Below are positions 10,985-21,758 of a stretch of DNA of 23,052 bases, piece after piece. Location: positions 6,350,394 through 6,373,445 of the forward strand of contig NW_003526945.1 of NCBI RefSeq assembly GCF_000181795.1, in the 5' to 3' direction. The position numbers were made by a program, and so were the translations under genes. Numbering within the stretch: position 1 is the stretch's first letter; the number at the start of each line of letters is the position of its first letter. The notes beneath the pieces were generated by a model. That model saw only the letters and a program-made list of their open reading frames with translations. It was not told where the DNA came from and ran no database searches. The DNA comes from Trichinella spiralis. Lineage: Eukaryota.

Positions 10985-13565
10985 CACTTTTGCGACAACA
11001 TCTCGACAAATACGCAATTTGGAACAGCGCCATCAATGATGTGCACTGGTTTGCAAAACCACCCTGATGAATTCAAGTCATTTTTGGAAAATTTTTTCAG
11101 CAAATGTAAATTTTCTGGGCTATACACTACCATTATTTGAGAAAATCAGCGAAAAACTTCTTTTCAAAATTTGAAAGCTTTTTGTTTGTTATAGTTCTAT
11201 ATTGATAAAAGACGGTGTTTTGGAGATTTTCACCTCAAACTGCCTAGTAGGTGTGGAATAAATGCTCTCTAAAGATGAGATACTGCCCATCTTAATACAT
11301 AGGGAATTCGTCCATCAGTAACTGTCTTTCAAAGGAAGCGGAGACTGCCAATTTCTGCACATGAAACATTTTTGACATAGAATATGTTAGATTTTCACTA
11401 ATTCTTTCTTTTTTTACGATTAACAGAATTGAATTTCTAAATTTATTGCTGTTAAATAATCATTAATTGTTGCAATTCAAAACGAATGCGTTGTACGTGT
11501 TTACTTTGCTATGAGGCAAACATTTCATGGAATGCGGTCCCCATTACCATCTTTTCCATTTACGAAGTTTCTCATAGATATTAAACGTGTGACTATTTTA
11601 ATTTACTTTCGCTAAGTAACAGCGATGCAATTATGATTTGCATAATTAGTATAATGCGTAGTCGCCCATGGTGAACCTTCGTTACAAATGCTATGAAATT
11701 AAATAAATTCACAATTCATTTCAAACTATTGGGCTCATGCATGGTATTTATTCGAATCGTTAGAGCTATCCACCAGTTTGTACGGTGAAACGTATTCCAT
11801 GCTTCACGGAAACTGCGGCATATTGTAAAATAATTTTATGATTATTGCAAGCAATTGTGAACGAATTATAGGTATGTAAATTTACAATAATCCGAAATTG
11901 ATGATTTTTTGAAATAATAAATAAATTTGTCGGTATGAGCATTTGAACTTTATAGAATAAAAACACTAGCATATTGCACGAAAATAGCTTTTTAATGTGA
12001 TAATTTTGGAAAATTTTTATCTCTGAATTTCAATAAATCAAAAAATTCCGTGAACTAAGGTTTTAATTTTGAAAGTTACTGTTGCTTAAACGAAAATCAA
12101 GAACAATTCTTAATAAAATAAATTTCTTTTTTCAGTAAAAAACACTGATAGTTTTGATGTAAAAATTAATGAAATCGTTCATCATGCACATTTATTTTAC
12201 TTTAAATTTTCATTCCTTTTTATTTCGACTTCGTTAAAATCTTATTTCGGTTTCATTTTTTTGATATATCTCAACAAATACTTAATCAGGAGCTGTCGGT
12301 ATAATTTTATAACAGCTAGCAAATAATTTTCTACCGATACGAATTAATTGCTTTAATTTTTGTAAAAAGAAATTTTCCTCGAAAATTGCAAAATTTCATG
12401 GGCTATAGGCTTGGTTGTTTTTGCGAAAATTGGCGAAAAATTTGTTTTTAAAATTTCGACATTTTTCTGATTGTTATAATTTTATATTGATAAAAGATAG
12501 TGTTTTATATTGTTTCAACACAAACTACCCAGTAGATGTTGAATAATTTGGCTATTAATTTTGAGTTGCTGCGAATCTTAATACAAAGGAGTGTCGCCAT
12601 CAGTAATTCTCTTTCAACCGAAGCGGAGACCGCTAATTTCTACACATGAAACATTTTTGACATAGAATATGTTAGATTTCCATAAACTATTTCTTTTTTT
12701 TACGATTAGTAGATTTGAAATTCTAAATTTATTGCTGTTAAATAATCCTTAATTGTTGCAATTCAAAACGAATAGCCGTTTACTGCAAGTGTTTACTTTG
12801 TTATGAGGCAAAGATTTCATGGAATGCGGTCCCCATTACCATCTTTTCCATTTACGAAGCTACTCATAGATATTAAATGTGTGACTATTTTAATTTACTT
12901 TCGCTAAGTAACAGCGATGCAATTATGATTTGCATAATTAGTATTATGCGTAGTCGCCCATGGTGAACCTTCGTTACAAATGCCATGAAATTAAATAAAT
13001 TCACAATTCATTTCAAACAATTGGGCTCATGCATGGTATTTAATCGAATCGTTAGAGGTATCCACCAGTTTGTACGGTGAAACGTATTCCATGCTTCACG
13101 GAAACTGCAGCATATTGTAAAATAATTTTATGATTATTGCAAGCAATTGTGAACGAATTATAGGTATGTAAATTTACAATAATCCGCAATTGATGATTTT
13201 TTGAAATAATAAATAAATTTGTCGGTTTCAGCATTTGAACTTTATAGAATAAAAACACTAGCATATTTCAGGAAAATAGCTTTCTAATGTGATAATTTTG
13301 GATAATTCTTATCTCTGAATTGTAATAAGTCAAAAAAATTCAGTGAACACAGGTTTTTATTTTTGAAAGTTACAGTTGCTTAAATGAAAACCTGGAACAA
13401 TTCTTATTAAAATAAATTTCTTTTTTTGCTAAAAAAATGCAAAGCTGTCTTGTAAAAATTAATGCAGCCATTCCATATGCACATTTATTTAGCTTTTGCT
13501 TTTCGTTTATTTTTATTTCGACTTCGTTAAAATCCTTTTTAAGTTTCACTTTTTTTCGTACAACT
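10985..13565. repeat. Head-to-tail tandem duplication, two units of ~1.27-1.29 kb
   Basis: Unit 1 ~10985-12255, unit 2 ~12250-13565. The offset is 1292 across the core (11531/12823 and 11972/13264) and about 1268-1283 at the 5' end (atctcgacaaatac/atctcaacaaatac; gggctata at 11117/12400). Confidence 0.95.
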
Positions 13566-15759
13566 TAGGAACGATGAGGGTAAGTTAATGGTAGTTAGTG
13601 AATAATTCTCTTCTGTTTGCTCTATTATTTGGACATGCAGGGTAAACGTACAAAACATCATGCCTATTCAGTATCGTCGAACTTGAACTTTTTCACTTCA
13701 TTAAATTTATCTTAGCGTACCGTGCAACATTTAGGCAGTGGTTACCCACAAGTATCGGAATAAATAGCCTATAACGTTAGCACATTTCTAGGTTTTGATA
13801 TTTTTTTGAATTTGAATGGGTGATGTTATGTAAGTTAAACATTTTCCACATTAAAACATGGTATTCTCTGAAAGTGGACACTTTTGTGCTATATATTCTG
13901 CCTTTTGGAAATGCAGGCTTCCTTCCGTTCCATGCAAGTGCATATATGAATGTAGATTTATATCTTTTGATGCTTCAGTGCTCTTTCTGTAGATGGACTT
14001 TTAATGCACGTGTTCCCGGGAGGAATAAATTCTGAATAAACATCAAAGTAATTGAGTAAATGAAATGTCTGAAATCTGTCGAATGAATTATTACATTGAA
14101 TTCATTTGAAACAGTTTTAGCAATGCCCTGAGAACAGTGTTATGCTAAATGATGAGCATTTGAGAAACTGTCAAGAATAATTCAAATCTTTCTTGCCTTG
14201 AATTTTGCATTAGTATTAGGCCCTCTAACTATAACGGAGAAAATTTGATATGCTATTTATATTGTACACTTACTCTTGTACCACTCTTCAGGATGTGCTC
14301 TCTGTGGTTAGCAATTCATTATATTAGTATTATATGGCCATCAGTCAAGCAATGTTTTCAATTTTACTCACTTAAATCATCTATGACTCAAAAATAAGTT
14401 ATATTTCATATGTTATTATTCTAGGATTTCAACAACAGGCCAGCTGAAAACTAGCAATTTGTATTTTATGTTACTGACATTCATTCTATGCTTGGATTGA
14501 TAATTTCCAGTAATGAGAATGAAAAATGGAATTCCTTTCAGAGATCCTTTAGAGAATGTATGTAATAAAATTGCATTGTTTATTACTTAACTAGTTCTGA
14601 CTCTTTTTTTATAAAGCTATTTCCCGCCTAAATATTTGATGGTAATGTAAAATATTTTGCATGGCGTGCAGCATCAAACATAGTGATTTCAATTTTCTTG
14701 CAACTAATTGAAGATTCTAATATGATAAATGAACTTGATGAAATGAATTTCCATACTATTTGCATTGTTCATCACCTTACATGCCTTTAAGCAAAAGAGC
14801 TTTCATTTTAGCAAACAAATTAATAAAAGAACACTTTTAATTTATGCTATTACGCTCTTACTCTTCAAAAATTAGATTGTTTTCCCAAACTGAGGTTGCT
14901 ATCATTCAATATCACAGAATGTCACGTTTGAGATCGGTTACTTTGTTGGTCGCCACAAGAAAAGGTGCGCGAATGTAATCACACTCTTGCATGTCGTCTA
15001 TAATTAACAGGTAAATCATATTCGGCAATGTGCAAATATTCTATGCTTGATTTACCCAATATGACTAATAAATTTGGTTTTTACGCTATTATTACTAACA
15101 TTGAAATATTCCTATCCATACATTACTTGTGTTTTTTATAGACGCTGCAGTCACACAAGTACCAAACCAATATAACCATTACTGGAACCTACATAAGACA
15201 GCCATTCACCATTTTGTAAATGCTTAAATTTATTTGCATGTTAAAAGCAAGTCATACAATAATTATGCGGTTATATGTTATGTCATTTGCATGAATATTA
15301 TCAGATAAACAAAAACGCAATAGCCATGTTATAGAACGTAATTGAATCTGAACAACAGTGCATGGTAAAAATATTAAAATTCATGCGATTTGTTTCTAAA
15401 TTTGTAATTTGTAATTATTTTTTAGGAGAAGGAAGTGTTAGAAATGCATACTTAAGTGTGACAGAGGAAGAAAGAGAGCATGTAAGTAGAACACATTATT
15501 TTAACTGTATTTCAACCATTTTTAAATTTAGAAAATTTATTCCAATACATAACACACAAAGAGAATAATTAAGAGCGACTGCTTGCCTGAAAATAAATAA
15601 TGGTATAACATTACACAAAGCATATAATGGTAGGCAAAGTTCTTCAACACCGCAATAATGCCATGCGAATAAGAGCCCTTATACCTTGATTTCGATCAGT
15701 ATGATTTAAGCCCATTAAAAAATTTGATGGTCGCCTAATAAAGATATATCGACGACCAA

Positions 15760-16274
15760 AGCGTGCTACTCAAGTGTGAAATTACACGCTGAAAAGAAAG
15801 TGGGAAAACGTACATCTTTAACATTATCCAGCAAATTCGCTTGATGCTCTTCCATTGCGCCCAAACGATCATTACCCGATTGCGTCCTTACTCCTACTGA
15901 TTTTCTTCACTTACCCAATCGACAGAGCCAGCGCAGAACGAAGCTTTACTGAAGTGCTAGAAGTATCTAAAGAGCTTTTTCCGGACTATCATGACAGGAA
16001 AACGACTGTACGGACTTAAAGTAATGTGTACGTTCATTCTGTCTTTTCGATTGATCTTGACCTTCTAATAGAAAAGTTCAGTTTCAAACGAAACTGAAAC
16101 GTGTCGCTCATTTGAAATACAATTAAAATTATTAATTTGAAAGATATTCTAACACGTGTTTGATATTCCAATTTTGTTTAAATGAAAAAACGGCACTTTT
16201 TGTTCCCCGACTGACTGTCATGTATAATAATGCATGCACATGATAAATCTTTCTGTATACTACATCCGCCCCTC
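15760..16274 (+). mobile_element. Decayed hAT DNA transposon: C-terminal dimerisation domain plus probable 3' terminal repeat
   Basis: Frameshifted translation HYPANSLDAL...HYPIASLLLLIFFTYPIDRASAERSFT / KYLKSFFRTIMTGKRLYGLKVM / YVHSVFSIDLDLLIEKFSFKRN* (stop 16095-16097). This fits the hAT consensus LPxxxASAERSFSxLxxxKxxxRxxMxxxRLxGL. ctacatccgcccct at 16260-16273 resembles the reverse complement of CAGGGGCGGATCTAG-type hAT ends. Confidence 0.85.
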
Positions 16275-16910
16275 TTCATAAATTAAACGCCTCTGTATAT
16301 TTTACATTAAATGAAGGAATAGAATTTCGTTTTTGCAAAATTACAAATATGCACTTTCAGTTTCATTTCTACTCCATAATTACTTTTCTGCTGGTAAAGT
16401 GTGGTTCAATTGCGCAAGATTCATTTAAGACATAACATTCTATCCTGGGGCATTTTCAAAATTACTAAATATTACTGATCGTGCCATTTCAAGCACATTC
16501 AGAGTTTTATGAGAGTGTCAGTTACGTAACAAACAGGAAATCAAATGAAGCAGCGAAGAGCAACATTTCCTGCAGGAATTTTATAAAAAATCGACTGACT
16601 GAGGCTATGATGGAGGAGAGAGTAGGGTTGATAGATGGGTGACGGAGTTGGGAGTGGAAGTGGAGGTTCGAGCAGGGAAGAAAAGGTTTTTAGTGTTTGT
16701 ATGGGATTTATATAGGAATGCGACAGGAAACCTGGACGAATAAACCACGTCGTAGCGACAGACATTGGGACATGGGACAGAGATTTGCGTATAATAAAGT
16801 AGGCAAAGTTTTTGGAAAAAATAACTGCAAAATAGGTAAACCGTGAAAAAGAAGTGCATTTGTAGCGGCTACTGGAAAATTGTACTTGTTAATGACGTTG
16901 ATCATTTCAT

Positions 16911-16920
16911 NNNNNNNNNN
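16911..16920. other. Assembly gap (10 N)
   Basis: Run of n; contiguity across it is not guaranteed. Confidence 1.
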
Positions 16921-17188
16921 CATATTATGGATTCAACAACGGAGAACATAAAAAATCCCATAGAAAGTTAAGCTCTACAAATCCAAAAATATCAGTGCAT
17001 GTAGAAGAGCTGTAAAATTTGGTATCGCATACAGAAGTTCTAATATGAAGTCATTATGAAGTTATGAAACTTTCCATTCTGTTAACAGTAAGCTGTTCTC
17101 GACAAAAATGCATAGACACGTAGATGTACTGCTTTTATTGACCAAAGAACGGAATAAAAAATCAACGTATAAGTTTTTATTCCACATT

Positions 17189-18590
17189 TTATTTCTGACG
17201 ATGGTAAATTTCAAAGCACTGTTTACCTCGCACTGCGTGTACTCGAACGCTGCACTTAGTGCACATATTCCGGGTGTCTCGTCTGCATTCTTTGCAACAT
17301 CCTTGTGGTCCTGTACCACGAATATGGTTTACACCATCGAACTGGATGTCAGGCAATTGTGACATTAAGCCTGATGCCGCTCTTGGGGATGAAATTCGCT
17401 CTGATCGCTGGAATCCAACAAGACCTTGTCGACGAAACACCAAGGGACTGTGTGATCTTTCATCAATGAAACAGTGATTTTGCCAAGCAGCCACAGTAGC
17501 AACGTTCACCGCACGGACAAACAAAGGCCAATACCATTTTTTGCCTCTTATTGTAAGACGATAGGCAGCAGCCAGTCATTCAAGAAGGTCAACTTCCCCC
17601 ATGCCAATCATATATGATCTAACTGTGTTCAGCATTTGTACATCTGTTCTTTGCTTTGCCTTGTAACAAACTCAAAGTTTGTCTTATAGTTCTGGAATTT
17701 TCTTGAGTAACGGCAACCATGTCAGTGACAACTCTGGTGCTCAATGGAACTTTCGAAGCTTGGAATTCTTTACCCTGATCAACCACATAGCATTAATACT
17801 TTGTAGCCGAACTGAATCATTTTGCCTTTCATGAGCATTTTAACCCTATGGCGACCACAGTATAATACTATTAATTCATCGACGCTAAATTCCTCATGGA
17901 ACATGCCATGCTGGATAAGAGTGGCGTTAGGTACTTTATAAGGAGGGATTACATTGTTCACCTTGTCAACATTTACCAGTCCAAGATGTCAGCCACGTAA
18001 AAATACTTCTTTATCTCCAAATACCATTTTTGACTCATGGAACTGATGGCTACCTGTGTACCCATGTCTGGCTTAGTAGGCCAGTAGTGCTTTGTTTCCA
18101 GAACACAGTGATATCCAGACAGCAGTATCAGTTTAATGAATTGCCCTATCTCCTGCAAATATTGAAGTACTCTGAATGCCCTGCTGTTGCCTTCCCTGCT
18201 GGCATATAAATTTGACTGAAATACAATGTGGTCCATAGCTTTATCTGTAACCGTTTTCAACAACACTTGAAACAGTGTCAGAGAAGCCATACGATGAGAA
18301 TTTTGATTCGGTTGAAGTTGATCGACAGGAAAGATCATATCCAGATGTTCAGACTTCAGATTTTTATCTTCACGCTCCTCCATATAAAGTACTTCTTCAT
18401 CTTCCAACTTACCTGCTGGATCAAATTCATCTTCTGGGCAATCAGGTAAGTACTCAAAGTCACTGTGATCACTGCGTGAATCTGCAGTCGCTGGAAGTTA
18501 CACAATGACGTTTATTCCTTGATCTGAAACGGCGATAGCGTTTTTCGCTTTCTCTAATGTCATAACCTTCTTCCTTCTAATGAATATTTG
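17189..18590 (-). mobile_element. Decayed piggyBac transposase (PGBD2/PGBD3-like), pseudogenised
   Basis: Fragments in order: acidic N-terminus (MTLEKA from 18563, with an internal TAA), FIKLILLSGYH...YW...MSQKWYLEIKKYFYVAD, FSVDELIVLYCGRHRVKMLMKGKMIQFGYK (first catalytic D motif), YMIGMGEVDLLE*LAAAYRLTIRGKKWYWPLF (MGGVD motif) and the C-terminal Cys-rich domain CKEC...CTKC...H...CFEIYH*. Several stops and frameshifts. Confidence 0.93.
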
Positions 18591-20344
18591 TTGACCACTG
18601 TTGAAGATGTTTAAGCTTTATAGCTGGTGGATGCTCCTTTTTTATCTTTCGTCAGGGTTTTCCATTTTACTATTACGTCACAGCTTCATTCCCAGAGCAA
18701 TATATTAAGAAGGAAAATTAAGACTGTTATCAAATACTGATAATTAGCGCCCCATCATAAAGGGTATCTCGACGAACTCCTGCAGATCTCATTTCTTCCA
18801 TTTCGCCCATCCTTACGCTGCTATTCTCAAATACGCACTTATTCTAAAACTTAAAATATAGCAGTCCCAAGTAGGCTGCTACAGCTCAATAATTGTGATT
18901 ACTGGATATAGAATGACTAATAAGTAAAACTCAACCACTTTTCTGTCCACAGCTGAACCCTAATGTCTACTCGACAAAGCATGGGCCATGAAAATGTTCA
19001 GTTGTAAAAAAATACAGAATTCTATTAAGAAATATCCATTAAAGCATATTTTTTATTCTCTACTTATAATAAACAACATTAATTAAGAAACATAAGAAAG
19101 AGATGCATATGACTTCATAGCTCAAATTTAAATAAATAGTACATTTAATATTTCCTCTCACAAGTCTAATTCACAGCGTAACTGAACAGAATATGCTTAT
19201 TAAACTTACCGCTGGCTTTTTATCGTTCACTACCATTTTCTTTTAAGGGACTTCTAAATTTAGATAAATTAACTGCAATAAATATGGTACAAGTAAGGCA
19301 TAAAACACATTTTCTTATGTTATTCAACGTTGGACACTGTCCAAAACGTTATTCTAAATAGGCCGCACACTGTTCGTCAACAATTATAGAACGTACAGCA
19401 AATGAATGGAAATTTGAATAAAGCTTGTTAAACAATTACTAAAATTATTTGTTCCATTAAGAATATCGTTCTCCTTTAGATAATTATCTTTAAATGCACT
19501 AATTTGAAGAACTCATCAAATGACAGAATATTAAGATTGAATTCCAATTGAATACAAAAAATACCCTAACAAATTGTACGCAACGTTTTCAACTGCAAAA
19601 CCAAAAGACCTAGAAATCTTCAAAGTTTGGAAAATTATCAAAAGCTAACATGAGAGGATACAATTGTCAACTACATGCGTTCATCTGATTCTCACGTACA
19701 TTATTTTTCTTTCTCAAAAAATACTCAAAATATACAACAAAACAAAACTGAGATCTCACATCGATGTAGTCATTCTATTAATTTTAATTATCAAATGGAT
19801 GATTGATCATTTTTCAGAAATCAAAATAACTAATAAGAACAAGTCACATCTGAATCACTGATGCTACTCAAACTGCCCCGAGGTAATTTTCAGAAACCGC
19901 AACCATTATCCTTCAATTGTTGAATTTAAACCACACTGACGTGGCGATACTACGGTCATTGCTAGGCAATCAAATACACACTTGGCTATTGAGAACGCAA
20001 CGCTTTGAAGAAAATTAATTTGCATACTTGAAAAATCATGCTCCAGTAACGTTGAAAAACAAACATTCAAAACGTAAATCCGCCATTATCAATTACGCCT
20101 ATTTACCACAAATAATATACACAGGAATTTTAAAAATTTAACTTGATATGCTAAGGATAAATGAATTTCAATATATAATGCACATATCTCATTTTCATTG
20201 TTCAATTGCAATTATGGAACATCATATAAATATCAGAAACTATAAAACAACACTATTCAATTATGTTTGTAAATTATGAACTACATACTTATTGTCACCT
20301 TTATATTTATCATTTAGTAAGCATTTACAGAAAACGCAACTTAC

Positions 20345-20609
20345 GAGCACAAGTAGTCATACATGAATGTTGTTTTTTACGGATATCGTCATCAGGGCTT
20401 TGGCTGCATTTAACATAATAATAATTTTGCCTGAAATAAAATTTATAAATTTATATAAACTATTTTATCATTCTTCAAAGTGGGAATAAGCGATTTACTT
20501 GCTTAAAAAATGCATACAATTTGAGATGATGTTTCGGCGGCACACTTCTCACAGATTTTACACGTTGCAGTGCTTTTTCAAAATCCATGCCAATAGCCGA
20601 CAAATGCAT
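20345..20609 (-). pseudogene. Acyl-CoA-binding protein (ACBP/ECI2-type ACB domain) fragment, truncated in exon 2
   Basis: Exon 20609-20499 encodes MHLSAIGMDFEKALQRVKSVRSVPPKHHLKLYAFFKQ (ACB motifs FEKA and LKLYxxxKQ). A 68-nt GT-AG intron (20498-20431) is followed by GCA, the Ala of KQA, and then AKLLLC*MQPKP** (cf. ATEGPCNMPKPG). Confidence 0.7.
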
Positions 20610-21190
20610 TACAGAAGCTCTGAAAATTGTCGCAGGCAAACTTGGAGAAGCACGCAAAATTGCATTACTTGGAAACGTCAAACGACCAGAAGTGATATGT
20701 AATTAAATTAAATCATAAAAATTAAAAATCCCTTCCCAGTTCAACGGCTTCTTCGCTTAAACAATATGGTAATGTTCTTAAATAGAAGCATAAATTAAAT
20801 CAACAATAAATTTCTTCGTACCTAATGAAAAACAAATAGTAGCTCATACTATACAATAATCAAATTTAGACAAGCTGTATTGAATTAACTCCATGCAGTC
20901 CATTTTTATACTCGAATACATTTTCTGCCTAAATATACTTTTACGGTCGTGATCGGTGATAAAATTTTACACTTCAATTCCTTCATCAAACATGCAAATT
21001 TCATTTACGCTAATTTGGTCCATCATTTATTAGTGTCAATTAATGAATTATATAATTACCCAATCGCATAACAATATAGCATACTTTAATTGAAGCAGTA
21101 ATTAAATAAAAAAACATATTGAAAATTAATGAGTGAACCATTCAGTAATTTTTAGCTGAAAGTGAGCAACGATCAAGTGAGCACAATAAA

Positions 21191-21758
21191 CTAAGAAAGC
21201 GCATTATATAGGAGACACATTACTACAACAAAGATGATAAAAAGCCACCAAAACTGACAATACATATCCATTCCGGATGCTAACTCTAAACAAATATGTG
21301 CCAAGATACCGTTCGGTTTTATATCATTATACTGTTTGATCGCTTTATTACGCTTAAGAAGCTGTCCTCTTCCGTCTGACAACACTTCACAAATAGGCAC
21401 AATGACGTGGTCTTTGTTCATGCTTCTAACACGTTCCGCAGTTAGCTTCTCATCATCACAGTCAGAACATTGTCCACTGCAAGTGACAGTCAGTTCACCT
21501 ACAGTTTCAATCACTTCGTTCAGAGTGCTCTTGACTTCGGCTTCAACAGCTTGTTCATCCTGTTTTGTCTCTTCAATACCCTCATTCGACTCAACCTGCT
21601 TCTTATCAGCTTCCAGTTGGTAATCATCCAAATCCGGCGTTTTTAAAGTATTCTCATTCAACTGAAAGAAAAGGGAATAAATTATCAAAATTATATTCAA
21701 ATTATTTGACAACATTTGTAGATTTTACTATTTCCGGGTCGAGTTTGCTTCTGTCCAT
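21191..21758 (-). CDS. Hypothetical 166-aa acidic protein with a C-terminal transmembrane helix (tail-anchored)
   Basis: Exon 21758-21729 (MDRSKLDPEI), a 67-nt intron gtaaaa...ctttcag, then exon 21661-21191 in frame, ending FWWLFIIFVVVMCLLYNALS*. An acceptor ctatag lies 4 nt before the ATG, and a minus-strand AATAAA lies near 21030. Confidence 0.72.

Noticed and set aside
11766..13264. Twin minus-strand ORFs MLVFLFYKVQ... (68 and 70 aa)
   Set aside because: Their similarity simply reflects DNA duplication; AT-driven composition, different stops and no motif.
17838..17848. TTAACCC as a piggyBac terminus
   Set aside because: It lies inside the transposase coding region; no matching TTAA-flanked terminal repeats were found.
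19201..19216. aaacttacc resembling a U1 snRNA 5' end
   Set aside because: It is the reverse complement of a minus-strand splice donor (gcg|gtaagt); no U1 stems or Sm site follow.
20499..21758. Single ACBD5-like gene (ACB domain plus C-terminal TM)
   Set aside because: Order is reversed: the TM-ending ORF stops upstream of the ACB exon on the minus strand.
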